Source of the DNA: Octopus sinensis
Lineage: Eukaryota
Direction of reading: 5' to 3'
DNA: 64,000 nt
Assembly: GCF_006345805.1 (NCBI RefSeq)
Contig: NC_043007.1
Location: 42,718,001-42,782,000, forward strand
The notes under the pieces are model-generated. The model had not been told where the DNA came from. It did no database searches and saw nothing but the letters and a program-made list of their open reading frames with translations. The number at the start of each line of letters is the position of its first letter. The first letter of the stretch is position 1. Below, piece after piece: positions 39,713 through 52,952 of the stretch. The translations under genes were made by a program, and so were the position numbers.

Positions 39713-40921
39713 TACGAGGGATGTTCATTAAAGATTTTTCCTGACCCACTTCCCAAGGACTGGGATAATGAAACTTGGTATAATTATTAGTCCTTCTCTA
39801 CAGCTGTGAAGACCTTATCTGTAGAAATCGGTAGGTTGCATCTGGAGCCAAGACTTTACCTCGGAAATAAGTTCATCATCATCTGAAAAGAGCTTCACCT
39901 TCAAAAAGGACTTTATGGTTGGAAAGAGGTGGAAGTCAGGAGAGTAAGGGAAATGAGGAAGCATTTCATAGCCACAGGAGTGTATTTTCATCTGGGCAAC
40001 ATGCACATTGTGAACTGGGGCGTTGTCTTGGAGGAGGTGAACTCCTTTGGTCAGCATGCCACACCTCACTGCAGCACAGAAGCATAATATGCCCCATTGA
40101 TTGTGGTGCCTTTTGCCAGAAAATCCATCATCACTACTCCATGCTGGTCCCAAAAAACTGTGAGCATCACCTTGCCTGTTGAGAGTTGGACATGAGCCTT
40201 CGTTAGAGGTGGTGAGTTAACATGCTTCCATTGTTTTGATTGGACTTTAGTCTCAGGATCATAGTGATGGACCTATATTTCATCCTGTGTGAAAAGTCTA
40301 CTGAAAAAGTCCTCCTCATTTTCTTGGCATATTGCCAAAAGAGCCTGGGAGCAATTGACTTGATACTGCTTCTGAAAAGGTGTGAGCATCCGGGGATCCA
40401 TTGTGCAGACAACTTCTGCATGTGCAAATGGTAATGAATGATTTTTTTCCACGGACCCTACACTTATCTTCACTTCTTGGTCTAGTTACTAAATAGTTAT
40501 GTGACATTCCTCAAAATGGAGGCTTCCACTTTATGGATGGTGTCATCATCAATGGCAGAATGTGGTCTTCCAGGAATAGAAGCAGTTTCCACCGATGTTC
40601 AACCACATTTGAACTGGTGATGCCAGTGATTGACTACATTGTATTATGGTGCATCGTCACCATAAACTTCTTTCATCTCATCAAAAGTCTCTTTTGGTGT
40701 ATGACCTTTCAAGTATAAGAACCTGATCACAGATCTGCTTTCAACTGCCCCCATTATAACACCTTAGTCTACTTCAGCAGCTGTAAAAGACAAATGAATA
40801 CTTGTAGAAAGCTGCAATTTACAATGTGACATGTAGAGACATGTATGATTATACCTGTACAAGTTCCGTTTCCTGCAATAACCGGAAGTGAATTGAGAAA
40901 TTTTTATGAACACTCCTCATA
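39713..40921 (-). mobile_element. Mariner element with TA TSDs and degenerate TIRs in the last MED6 intron
   Basis: TA-cgagggatgttcattaaagattt versus TA-tgaggagtgttcataaaaattt. Transposase pieces FFSRLFTQDEI and LLQDNAPVH...HFPYSPDFHLFP, frameshifted. Confidence 0.9.
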
Positions 40922-41183
40922 TCAATTGCATGAAGTGGTTAGAAGTAACAGCATATAGGCCATCAATGTACAAGAGGAAGCTCAAGCAGGGCTTAAATCT
41001 ATGGCCATGTTTTACAATAAATCCTACTGCTATCTGTATCTGTGGTTGTGTTTGCATAACAAAGTTGAGACATTACCCTTCATTTAAAAAAAAAAAAAAA
41101 GCAGTTGAATCAGAAATGGGTTGCTCTACTGAACATCATTAGTTAGGATTGACAAAGAAGAATGAAATTTTTCAAGAAATTAC

Positions 41184-41324
41184 CTTTTTGGTCTGGCTGT
41201 GCAGGAGCTGCAAACCGGGGAGGGAACTTTTTGCTCAGTTCAGAAAGTAGTAAATCAACTCGCTGTCGTTGGAATACTGAACTTGGTTCCTCTTTTTTCT
41301 TGGAATCTTTTACTTTACTCTTTT
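41184..41324 (-). CDS. MED6: MED6 exon 7
   Basis: [37 protein letters not shown]... contains the MED6 hallmark EEPSS.FQRQRVD; phases 1 and 1. Confidence 0.96.
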
Positions 41325-42439
41325 CTGTAAAAAGAAAAGTTACTGGATAACTAAGTAATTAAGCAAATTTATACAAAAACAAAAAAACTGTCAAATCAAA
41401 AATTATTTAAAAACTATAGATTATTGTAACTGACTTAGTTACGACACAAACAAGTAAAGCTGGGCAGCAATACAATGAAGAAAATAATTTTATGTATTAA
41501 TTATATGTAATAACATAATCAAAGAAACAGCAACAAATGTGATTAATTCTGGAAGGTTCTTCAATAACGTTTGTAGCAGTTTAAAATATTTGACTCAGAC
41601 TGGTGCTTATAATAGCTAATGTTTATTCAGCACTGAAAGTATAAACCATTAATTTATTCATAATCTAATAATGTTTTCTTCTCTTTACACGGGCACCAGA
41701 GCACACCTTTTAGCGGAGGAGCATAGTTGATTACTCAATTCCTGTTAGATATTTTATTAACCCGGTGCAAATTGCATATGTGTGTGTGTACACACACATA
41801 TGGCATAGGCATAGCTGTGAGGTTAACTAGTTCACTTGCCAGCCACATGGATCTGGGTCAGTCCCACTATGAGTTATCTGAGGCAAGTTTTCTATTATAA
41901 CCCCAGGTCAAACAGAGGTTTGTGAATGAATTTGGTGGGGAGAAACTGAAAGAGGCTTTGTGCATGTGTGAGCGACTGCACACGCACATGTCTTTCTCTC
42001 TCTCTGAGTTATGACATTGCATAATAGTTGTAAACAAGTTTCGCCATCGTTTGTAGCCAATCTTCTATAAGACATGTCCAACTCTGGGTAAGTATTAACT
42101 TGCTTGAAAACAAGTGAGTGTTGGTGATAAGAAAGACATCTAGCCATCTGCTTCAATGAATTCTGTTTGACCCTTTCAAGCATGGAAAAGTTGGCATTAA
42201 AATAGTAATGATGATATACATATCTATATGTGTGTGTGTGTGTGTGTGAATGTATGTATACATGTATACACACAAATAGATCCATAGACATATGTTCACA
42301 ATTAAAGGCTTTAAAATTGAATGATATATACTAATAAGTGAATGCAGAAGAAATAATGTGTGAAACAAGGGAACTTTAAATAATATTTACATAAGTCATT
42401 GACAAAGTATGATCAGTAAAATAGAATCATATAAGTTAC

Positions 42440-42508
42440 CTGTTTCTTCTTTATCTTTGAATTCCCACCAATATCCTTTTGATGGATGGTACCGAGCATA
42501 ACTGAGAG
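42440..42508 (-). CDS. MED6: MED6 exon 6
   Basis: (A)[22 protein letters not shown]; ttgcag| and |gtaact; phases 1 and 1. Confidence 0.97.
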
Positions 42509-42636
42509 CTGCAAAACGTTTGGGAATTAAACAGTTAAAGGATATTAACATTAGTCCAACAATATATATATATATATATATATAAGAAATATTGAATTTC
42601 TAAATCTCTTGTAGAGACATGTACGGTGGTGGGGCG

Positions 42637-42819
42637 ATAGAATAGTTGTATACTGTCAATCTAACAAGAACGTGACAGTAGGGGGTACACCACCGCTGTA
42701 TAACCCTAGGAAGCATCAAACGCCATCAGGAGGCGTTCGATGCTTCTTAGGGCTATACAGCGGTGGTGTACCCCCTACTGTCACATTCTTGTTAGATTGA
42801 CAGTATACAACCATTCTAT
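42637..42819. repeat. Near-perfect inverted repeat (about 88-bp arms, 7-nt loop) in MED6 intron 5
   Basis: atagaatagttgtatactgtcaatc...aacgcc | atcagga | ggcgtt...gattgacagtatacaaccattctat. Confidence 0.95.
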
Positions 42820-44454
42820 ATATATATATATAGAGAGAGAGAGAGAATAAAGAAGCCTGACCTTTGGTCTGATTAACTTGAAAGCAAATGATTGGATGAG
42901 AAACCATGAACAGATAATTACAGTGGAATATATTACTAGAGAAGAACAATTTCACAAGGTGCTTAGTATTGGAGTTGATGTGGTGGTGGTAGGTGTTATT
43001 GAAAAGAGTAGTAAACACATCAAGCAGGTTTTAATTTAAATATCTTATTCTATAAATAAACAAATATTCAATAGATATATTATTCTTTAGCCAACAAGAT
43101 ATTTAAGAGGTTGCTAGTCAATGTTTGAAGACCTAATGAGTCAAGTAGAAAAGTATTGATTGAGCTCTGAAGAGTCTCAAAGAGACAGTGTTTAACTCTA
43201 GTTTTATTGCAGGATGAACCTAGGATATGTTTTCCTCAGGTAAGTCACTACTCTAATGCAGATAACATTACAAGATAATCTGGCACATACATCTGACAAA
43301 CAAAATAAAGTGTCCCACATGAAACAAAATAAAATTTGATTTCATATGAGGAGTAGATAGTTCAATACCTTATCCACTCAGCCATTTCACTTCTACAAAT
43401 TAACAATAACTTTACTGCAATTCACATATCTTGGAATGAGATCATTACTATCAATGTTCCAATCTTTACTTGCTTTTGAATGACTACTGTATTCCATGTC
43501 TCCACTACTGAACTTTTATGGAGAACATGAACAATGTCAACACCAGCCAAGCAATATCAATAAGAGGACACATGAAGACTAAAATATATTCGCCCACCAC
43601 AGGTATATGTATATACTGTAAGAGAAGGCATATTTCAACCATAATTGCACAACACCTTGTGCATCTTATTTTATAGCCTTGGGCTCAACAATGCATTGCA
43701 AGGGAATTTAGTACACAGAAAAGCAACAAGTTAGTCACACACACACACACATTTGACAGTTACTGTTGATAGTACACTAACTGTGCTTTCAAATTCCTTA
43801 GGGATTAAAAAATTTTATTACTTGGGAAAAAAGGGTAAAGGTTGGTGACAGGAAAAGTATTTAGCTATAAAAATCCTGCCTCAAGTACTTCCTCACATAA
43901 CATTTGCTAGCATAGAAACAAAACAATATGGTGAGCTTCCATAGTTTCTGTCAAGCACACTGCACTCCCAAAATGTCAACTATAACCTCAACCCAAGGCT
44001 ATAGTAGAAGTCACTTACCCAAAATTCTACTCAGTGGAGCCAAACCTGAAATTATGTGATTGTGAACTGAGCATCTTCACCACGTAGGTATGTCTGTGCC
44101 TTAGGCTAAAAAATTCATATAACTGCCAAGTACCATATTGATGAAAAGTACTATTTATTAATGAACTCCAAAAGTCAACAGTTTATTTGTCTCAGATTTT
44201 CACATTGGGGATAATAAATCTTATAACTCAATAACTCAAATACTACATCTTCCTGAAATTTATCTCAAGCAGCCCAACCTAGCAGAACCCATCTTTATCT
44301 CCATAACAGGAGTTAAATTCAGCACTACAAGCTAGAGATACTCATACATTATACAATATTATATTTATGTGGGAGATAACATCCTTAATGTAGAGGCCTC
44401 ACTCCTAAGTTTTTTAAGCAGATAAAATTACACTCAATGAAAGGAAGTATCATT

Positions 44455-44735
44455 AATCATCACCATTGTTTAACATCCATCTTCCATGCTGGCATGGGTT
44501 GGACAGTTTGACAGGAGCTGCCCAGGCAAGAGCCTGCACTAGACTTTTCTGTCTACTTTGGCAGGGATTTTATGGCTGAATGCCCTTCCTAATACCAATC
44601 ACCCATCAGAATGGACTGAGTGCTTTTTACGTGGCACAAGCACAGGCGAGATCAGTTTTGGAAAGGTTTTTATAGCTGGATGCCCTTCCAAATGCCAACC
44701 ACTTTACAGAGTAAACTGGACGCTTTTTACGTGGC
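44455..44735 (-). mobile_element. RTE-tail-related element
   Basis: tttaacatccatcttccatgctggcatgggttggacag plus a duplicated ctggatgcccttcc..atgccaaccac block. Confidence 0.65.
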
Positions 44736-44978
44736 ATCAGAACTCTTAGTAATATTAATAGAACACATCTCTCCGAACTTAGAGAATGAGATGTGTGTTC
44801 TATTAATATTAATGATAATTTTTGTCAACATAGGTAAGGAAGACAACACTGAGATCCAAATTGATTAAAAATTTTATACAGTAGTTATATAGTTAAGAGC
44901 AGGAAAAGGTAGCTATCCCTGGTACAAGATGCTTTCAATGAGAGGTTAGTTTTGGATTAATCATACATAAAGCCTTAC

Positions 44979-45018
44979 CTTCTGTAAATGCTGACTGCAA
45001 ACTGTGAACAGTGTTTAA
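44979..45018 (-). CDS. MED6: MED6 exon 5
   Basis: LNTVHSLQSAFTE (human LTAVHGIQSAFDE); ctttttcag| and |gtaagg; phases 0 and 1. Confidence 0.94.
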
Positions 45019-45871
45019 CTGAAAAAGAAACACAGTCATTGGAGCAAAGTATGCTTTAAATGTTTGATAGAGGGAAAGAGAGAAGGGACAAAAGGACAAT
45101 AAAAACAGAAGACACATAATAAGCATGATATTAAAGTAAGCAAGAAAATAAAATGCTTTGTAACAGCTGTAAGTAATGGTTGTATTGGTAGCATGTAATA
45201 GTAGTATTAGTAACAAGAGCACTAAAAACGACAAATAAAGGTCTCTTTATTCTGTAGACTAATGAGCAGGAATGAAAGTTTCCTAACTTGTCTTAAAAAC
45301 TTGTGATACATACATTTAACCGATGAAAACGCAGTTTATTATTTGTACCCATGGTTAGTCAGTGGAAATGGACTAGTACCCAGACTTTTTTTTAACCCCC
45401 CACTCTTAGGCTGGGGGATGAATATAACTAGAAGAGATTAATATAGTTAACTTTCTGTTTCAATTATTAAAGGTCCTTTTTGGTGGTAAACATGGTTAAG
45501 GGGTTACTTCCAGAAGTATGTTGCTTTTAGAAGAAACATTGGTTCAACTCTTTAGCATTCAGATTACTCACTCAAATGCAATGCTTATTTATTCACATTG
45601 TTTTGAATTCATCATGCATTATCTCATACTCTTGAAATTTCAATGTTGTGATTGATTGTTTTTAAAATGACATTGTAGATAGATGTGAGAAGTCATATCT
45701 GACATGTTTAAATGCAAAATGATTAAAATTCTTAGTATGGCACAAGGAAAATGAGAAACAATAAATAAGACAAGAAGTGATAAGGGTACGTTGAGAGAAT
45801 TTAGGTGATGATGGTATATATTCAGTTCTAAAAAAAAGAAAGCCTAAATTGTATAATTAAGTAATAATTAC

Positions 45872-45954
45872 CATTCTGGAGTTGACTACTGAACCTAAAT
45901 CTGGTGCCTGGTAGACAATACCAGCACTGATGTAATAGTCAGCAAGAGGTGTAA
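45872..45954 (-). CDS. MED6: MED6 exon 4
   Basis: (V)[27 protein letters not shown]; ttccag| and |gtaatt; phases 1 and 0. Confidence 0.97.
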
Positions 45955-46769
45955 CTGGAAAAGAAAACAAAAGGAGTCAATAATTTTAGACTAAAAGGGG
46001 AACAAAACAAAATTGCAACATGATTTTGGTGCTTAGGAATGTGGATCCTTTGTAAACACAGATCTAGCAGTAAATGTAATGTGTAAAATCCTTCTCATAA
46101 GAGGAGAAATTTTTAAAGAGTCCAGAGCTTAATTCCCATTTAATCATGTGAAACAATGAAATATAAGTCTACCCTTAGATATGATGCTTGTCAATATTAT
46201 ACCTGTCAAAAAAACAGTGAACTGGCAGAATGCTTAACAGTATTTTTTTGTTGTTACATTCTAAGTTCAAATTCTGCCAAGGTCAACTTTGCCTTTCATC
46301 CTTTTGGGGTTGATAAAATAAGTACCAGTTGAATGCTGGGGTCAATGTAATTGACTTACTCCTCCCTCAAAATTGCTGGCCTTGTGCCAAAATTTGAAAT
46401 CAATATGATACCTGTCAAAGATAACACTCCCAAATGTCCTGATATCTATTCTCAACAGTTAGGTAAACTAAATGATGTAGACAAATGTGACTTGTTCAGA
46501 AGCAGGTAAGAACATCAGTAGAAGATCTGAACTCCCTCTGTGCAGGTATCCACAGTCAACTCATCACTACTAGATTTAGCAGTGAACTGATATGCTGACA
46601 ATGAATAATGTCATAGACACAGCTGACACTGACACACTTGAAACAGCTGATGTTGATGCAGTAGGCTGTTTGTTTGTATGCATAAATGCAGGTAAATACA
46701 CACTCACACATGCATGGAAGAGAGGAGGAAAGAAGGTAGTTGGAAGGGAGGGGATGTAATATTTGCTAA

Positions 46770-47030
46770 TTCTGCTCTCAGCAGCCAAGATAGGGAGCAG
46801 GGGCAAGGCCCTACATGTGGACAAGCATAACTAAGTTGTTTTAGGATATCATTTTTGCTGTAATGGACAGGTCTTCTCAAGCACAGCAAAACACCAATCA
46901 TTTTGGTCCTTTGTCATCTCCTCTGTAAAGTTCAGTATCTTGAGATCAGCCCGTAATACTTTGTCTTATGGTCTTCCTGGGTCTCCAAAAGTTTCATCAC
47001 ATTAGTACACAAAGTACCCTTCTTTGACAA
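46770..47030 (-). mobile_element. RTE LINE C-terminal fragment
   Basis: Similar to 13900-14030 (ttggtcct.tgtcatc.cc...agtatcttgagatcagcc). Confidence 0.55.
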
Positions 47031-47077
47031 TTCACAAAAACAATGAAATAGCAACAGAATATGGAAGAGGAATTTAC

Positions 47078-47169
47078 CTTGGGTTGGTGAATGCCGGTGT
47101 TGTTTCCGTATGACATAGAGAATAGGTTCTTGGACATGGAGCAACTCATATTCCAACCCAGTCATTGAG
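47078..47169 (-). CDS. MED6: MED6 exon 3
   Basis: [30 protein letters not shown]; ttgcag| and |gtaaat; phases 2 and 1. Confidence 0.97.
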
Positions 47170-48296
47170 CTGCAATGGAAAAAAATTACAGAAATTGGTG
47201 GGTAAAATCCTTACAAAAAAAAAAAAATTTGAAGGGCAACTAAAACCCCAGATTTAACAATTTAAATTATAAATTGACACAAAATGCAATATACACATAT
47301 ACACACATACTCACAAATATTCTAGGCTACATCTAAAAGGTCATTTGAATGATTAGCAAAGAATATTGGATGTTCTTCCAGTGTACCATCTATATTAATT
47401 GGTGTAGTGGGAGTGACAGCATCTCAGTTATGGCCGTTCTATCAAATGATACAAATACCATTAGAAGTTACCAAACAACCATAAAAAAAACCCCTCAATC
47501 CTCAATAAAATAGGGTTAGTATATAGAGAAGAAAGGTAATACAGCTGTTTAAAGTTCTATGAGAATAATGAAAACATGTTTCAGCAAGGGATATTGAATG
47601 AAAGGGTCTCCTCATGGTTATTTAAACTGCAAGAGCTAGCAGTCAAATCTGCCTAAAATTACACTATCCTCTTAAAGAATAACACACTGGGTAATGTCTA
47701 AATACAGTGAGACCAAATAGAAAGAAGACAAAATGGTCTCAGATGAAACATTTTTGGCATAAATTTGCTTAAGGCTGACCTGAGATATCTAAACAACAGC
47801 AAAACTTGTCAACAGACCTTGTGAGAGATTCATAATTCATTTTCCATGCTCACATGGGTTATATAAGTATATTATTTGAGGTGTTGTTTTGCAGCTGGAT
47901 GCCTTTCCTGTTGCTAACCTCACATGTTTTTCAACATCACTCACCACACTTTCATACAAACGACCACAGATGTAGACAAATACACAGACATGCGCATGCA
48001 CATACACAAAAACTTAAAATGAGTCTTCTCTCAGTTTTTGTCAAACAAATTCACTCACCAGGCTTTGGCTAGTCTGTGACGATAGAAGATATTTGCCTCA
48101 TGTGCATACTACCATTATGGTTTCTTATTATTCACTTTTATAGCAAGGCAAACTGGACAGATATGTTAGGAACAATATAATATGAACTTTGGCAAAAAGC
48201 CTAGTACTTACCAATGTAGTCAATTGAGTGTTTAAAAAGGTAATGCCTTTGAAAAATACAGGCTAGTTATATGGATAGCTAGAGAAGGTGATGTTT

Positions 48297-48335
<39 letters not shown>

Positions 48336-48382
48336 GAAAAGTATAAAATCCATCTATAATGATAATCTAGGTTACAACTCAC

Positions 48383-48539
48383 CTCAATTGCTCTGGGTTT
48401 AAGTGCTGCATTTTCACATTCTCATTGTTGCATGTTCTATCATAGAATGGATTAGTTCGTTCAGAAAAATAATCCAATACATTGGAGGAGTTTAACATGG
48501 GTATCCATGCACTATTTTGCCAGGAGATTCCAAGAGATT
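48383..48539 (-). CDS. MED6: MED6 exon 2
   Basis: [44 protein letters not shown]...; ttcctcag| and |gtgagt; phases 1 and 2. Confidence 0.97.
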
Positions 48540-49299
48540 CTGAGGAAATTGAAAAAGTAAAGTTCTCATAAGTTTAAGAGAGTGGAATTTATAACATGTC
48601 TTTGTATGTGTGTGTGTATTAGTTTGATTGCTATTAAAGCTAGAGAAGTTTGAGTTTTTCCTTCTTTCTCTATGTTTATTCTATAATGCTTTCAACATCA
48701 ATTTAAAACAGACTATTCTATACATATACTTCATTTGATTAGATTTGAATTAAGAACCATTATTTATAAAGTTTCAGTACTATTTATCCGCTATGGTACA
48801 GCTGATAAGGAATAAGAGAGTCAATAAGTAGTAGACAACCAGCCTGTGGTCACTAGTACTTCATTGTCTATTGTAACTTAACTCTCAAATGGCTAACTAT
48901 AAATAAACACTTCAGCATACAGACAAGTATTTTGTTAACACTAAAATTAAGGCATCTATATCAAACTGGTGAGCAAGGGTTTCATAACACATCAGCTTGT
49001 CATTCACATATAATAGTAAACTGAATCCATGAATTAAGCTTTGACACTACTGTCTAAAGAATGTAACCTTAAAGTAGTGTCAATAATAGCTGTTTATATT
49101 TCTGGAATAATGAAAGACTCCAGCTACTCTAGAATAAAATGCTATATTTGGAAACAGCAGTTCCACAAGACAGTGCCTTGGATTACAGATAAAGGAAGCC
49201 AGTATTTACAATCCAAATGCTACAGGAAGACACTGAACTGGAACCTATTTCACATTCTTAGTATCATCTCATACCAATTTATTTTCTATTGAGCACCCC

Positions 49300-49830
49300 T
49301 TTCTCCTAAACACCTCATATCTGCCTTCAAAGTCTCCTCCATCTTAATTCATCACAATTTCCACCTCTAAATTCCTCTGATCAATGGCCTCTATCTCTGT
49401 CACTGTGCAGCCCTCTCTCACCCACTGCCCCACACTTCACAGCATCTCCTTAATTTCTCATGTTACTCCACTTCCTACCTTTTTTTTGTAGTGTTACTCA
49501 TCTCCTCCTCGACCCATTCCTATTTCTTTCACCTTAACTGCAGAGTCATCATTGACTGCATTCACCTGTATCCCCATCTCTAACTATTTATTATTCTCCT
49601 TTCACATTCGGATCCTCTGTCTATATCCTTTCTTATACTCACCTTGTACATTAAGGGTGTGCTCTAAATATATCATCATCTCGTTTCTCTCTCTTCACTG
49701 GGATAGCCATGTATCTCCTCTACAGCAAGACACTTGTTTTTGTCCCTCTATCATACTTCACAAGACTTCTTCTAAGTTACTAGGTAACCTCACCAATGCC
49801 AGTCTTGCTTGGCTCTCATTCTTTATTTCA
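49300..49830 (+). mobile_element. RTE-associated pyrimidine-rich 3' region
   Basis: gccatgtatctcctctacagcaagac matches the reverse complement of about 18770-18810. Confidence 0.5.
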
Positions 49831-50039
49831 CTAAATTCTGCCATGTCTATTACTTCTATTAATGAACCACGCTATTCAAAGAGAATGATCAAGCCACTGA
49901 CTTGATCTGTGATTCATAATTTTGCCATTTCATAGTTCTTTGTTGCTAAAAGGAAGATGAATGTTCTGATAGTGTTAACAACTGATGTATCATGGTATGT
50001 TCTTTCCCCTTACCTAAGCTGAAAGTTAAGCTATATCTA

Positions 50040-50240
50040 ATTGTTGAATGAAGTCTTTAGTGAGATTCAAGGGCCCACAGCGATTTAACGCATTGCCAAA
50101 ACATGTGAGGGATCTTTATGGAGTTAGGGTAGATGTTTTCGAGAAACAACTTGACCTCCTGCTATCGAAGGTCCCAGATGAACCAATATCGAGGAAAGAG
50201 ACTCAAAAGAGTGCAGCAGTGTTGAACTCCTTCCTTCGCT
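50040..50240 (+). mobile_element. CR1/L2-like LINE ORF2 C-terminal fragment
   Basis: KGPQRFNALPKHVRDL..V.VDVFEKQLDLLLSKVPDEP resembles the GP.LFN.LP...FK..LD..L..VPD.P end of such ORF2s. Confidence 0.65.
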
Positions 50241-51711
50241 AAAAGCTGATCACATAAGATTGGCCATTGAAAAGGTGATTACACTCGCAGTGCCCCAGCA
50301 TGACCACAGCCTTAGGGCTGAAACGCGTAAAAGAATATATATATATATATATACACACACTCTAATGAGGGAGCTTCTATATGGTCGTGCAAAATGCTAC
50401 AAATAGTAACCAAAATCTCCCTTGAATACCACCTTATCTTAAAGGGCGGATACATTACATAATACAGTCTTATCTACCCAACAAATACAAAATGGTAAAG
50501 GCTGGAATGCCTCTAATCACAAATTTAATTCACTATATATATTTAGGCTTGGTTGTGTGCTTAAGTTTGCAATCACATAATTTTAGGTTCAGTCTCAACT
50601 TACATCATACCACATTGGGCAAATGTCCTGTTTTGTGAGTGAATTCAGACTGAAATTGCGTGGAAGCCAACCGTGCGTGCATTTGTTTTTCACCGCTTCA
50701 CAAACGGTCTCGGTCTGTGTTCCCGTAACTTAGCAGTTCGACAAAAAGGACAATAAAATAAGTACCGAGGCCCATTTGATCAACTAAAACATTCCAAGTA
50801 GTGCCCCAGCATAGCAGCAGTCAAAGGACTGTGATGATATATATATATCTCTTATTATAAAAGGCAGATTTTATCTGCCTCCCTTTGTAACTTATAGAAA
50901 TCTACAATATAGGATTTCTTCAATTACAATTTACCTAGCATTTTTAAGAGTAGAATGCATCGGGTCATGCCAGGTCCAGTTTTTAAAATTTAAACTCCAA
51001 TTAAGCAAAATTTACAGAAAACTCACATTCTGGTGTGTATGTCAAATGCTTTTCTTAGTCTGGTTTACAGCACACGCAAACGCACACACACAGTGTGCAA
51101 CGAATAAAGTGAAACTAGATGTAATATTTAAAAAGAAAGCAGCAAACAGAAACAAATAAATACATAATGATTTACTCCTCACACAATTTCTTCAATTAGA
51201 CTTTACCTATGATTTTTCAAAGAACTTTCATTGGTTCATGCCATACAAAATTTCTTTCAATTTCACCCCCAATTAAGACAAAATTCGAGAAAACTCAATA
51301 TTTTAACATTTCACTTTGAAGCCTTTACTCTGCCTATTACTCCCACTTCCTCTTTAGACACATAGACACGCTAATATATACGACAGTGTCAATTGTTGAC
51401 AGACATTGTAAGCTAACGTGTGTGTGTGTGTGTGTGTGTGCGTGTGTGTCTGCATGTGTGTGAGGGTGCGTGTGTATGTGCGTGTGTGTGTGATAGGGAC
51501 GACCCATTCAGACTGGTCATCCTTTTTGCTAGAAGATCACCTATGCTACACCACTGGTTTTCAGTTCATATTAATCAAATTAATATTCACAAGAAGAAGG
51601 ACTATTCATTATAATACATCAGTTCCATCGGACAACTGCACAAACATTTGCCATTTTACACATGTATGTAAACAAATTCCTTTCTTTTAGAATTTCAATT
51701 CATTTACTTTT

Positions 51712-52705
51712 TCAATTCATACAAAGTTATTTAGGACGAATATAACATCTAAAGTTATCTCTAAGAAGCAGAAAGATCGCCCAAAAGTGTATATAGATAT
51801 TTAAATGTATTCATATATTCATCTATACACACATGTATGTATAACGTGTGTGTATATATTTCCATAGAGGTAACCATTCACTCCGCACAAAGTTTTTTAG
51901 GACGAAAATAACATCTAAAGTTATCTTTAAGTAGCAGTCACCCAAAAGTGTATATAGACACACACATGTATGTATAATGTGTGTGTATATATTTCCATAG
52001 AGGTAACCATTCACTCCATACAAAGTTATTTAGGACGAATATAAGATCTAAAGTTATCTCTAAGAAACAGAAAGATCGCCCAAAAGTGTATATAGATATT
52101 TAAATGTATTTATATATTCATCTATACACACAAGTATGTATAATGTGTGTGTATATATTTCCATACACGTAACCATTCACACCATACAAAGTTTTTTAGG
52201 ACGAAAATAACATCTAAAGTTATTTCTAAGAAGCAGAAAGATCGTCCAAAAGTGTATATAGATATTTAAATGTATTTATATATTCATCTATGCACACATG
52301 TATGTATAATGTGTGTGTATATATTTCCATACACGTAACCATTCACTCCGCACAAAGTTTTTTAGGACGAAAATAACATCTAAAGTTATCTCTAAGAAGC
52401 AGAAAGATCGTCCAAAAGTGTATATAGATATTTAAATGTATTTATATATTCATCTATGCACACATGTATGTATAATGTGTGTGTATATATTTCCATAGAG
52501 GTAACCATTCACTCCGCACAAAGTTTTTTAGGACGAAAATAACATCTAAAGTTATCTCTAAGAAGCAGAAAGATCGTCCAAAAGTGTATATAGATATTTA
52601 AATGTATTTATATATTCATCTATACACACATGTATGTATAATGTGTGTGTATATATTTCCATAGAGGTAACCATTCACTCCATACAAAGTTTTTTAGGAC
52701 GAAAA
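51712..52705 (+). repeat. 166-bp tandem repeat, about 6 copies, inside the Helitron
   Basis: Anchor gtaaccattcac at 51870, 52003, 52169, 52335, 52501 and 52667 (spacing 133, then 166 four times). Confidence 0.97.
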
Positions 52706-52952
52706 TCTTTATATATAAAAGAAAGGTTGTGTGTCTGTCTACTCCGATTTAGATTCCTAACAACTCCCACATTTTGCGATGCAGTTTAACCAAAACCGAG
52801 TATCTTATAGTCGTGATTCATATCGAGCCCTTCTGGGTATTAGCGCGCGTCTACGATGAGTCTACGATTTTAAAAATGATTTATCATCATTTTTTCCCAT
52901 TTTAATGCATTTTTTAAAATAAAGGGAAGTAACTCTCAAACTTCACACCAAT

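Noticed and set aside
51712-52705. Regular repeat array as a possible CRISPR
   Set aside because: Contiguous 166-bp units with no unique spacers, a eukaryotic context and no cas genes.
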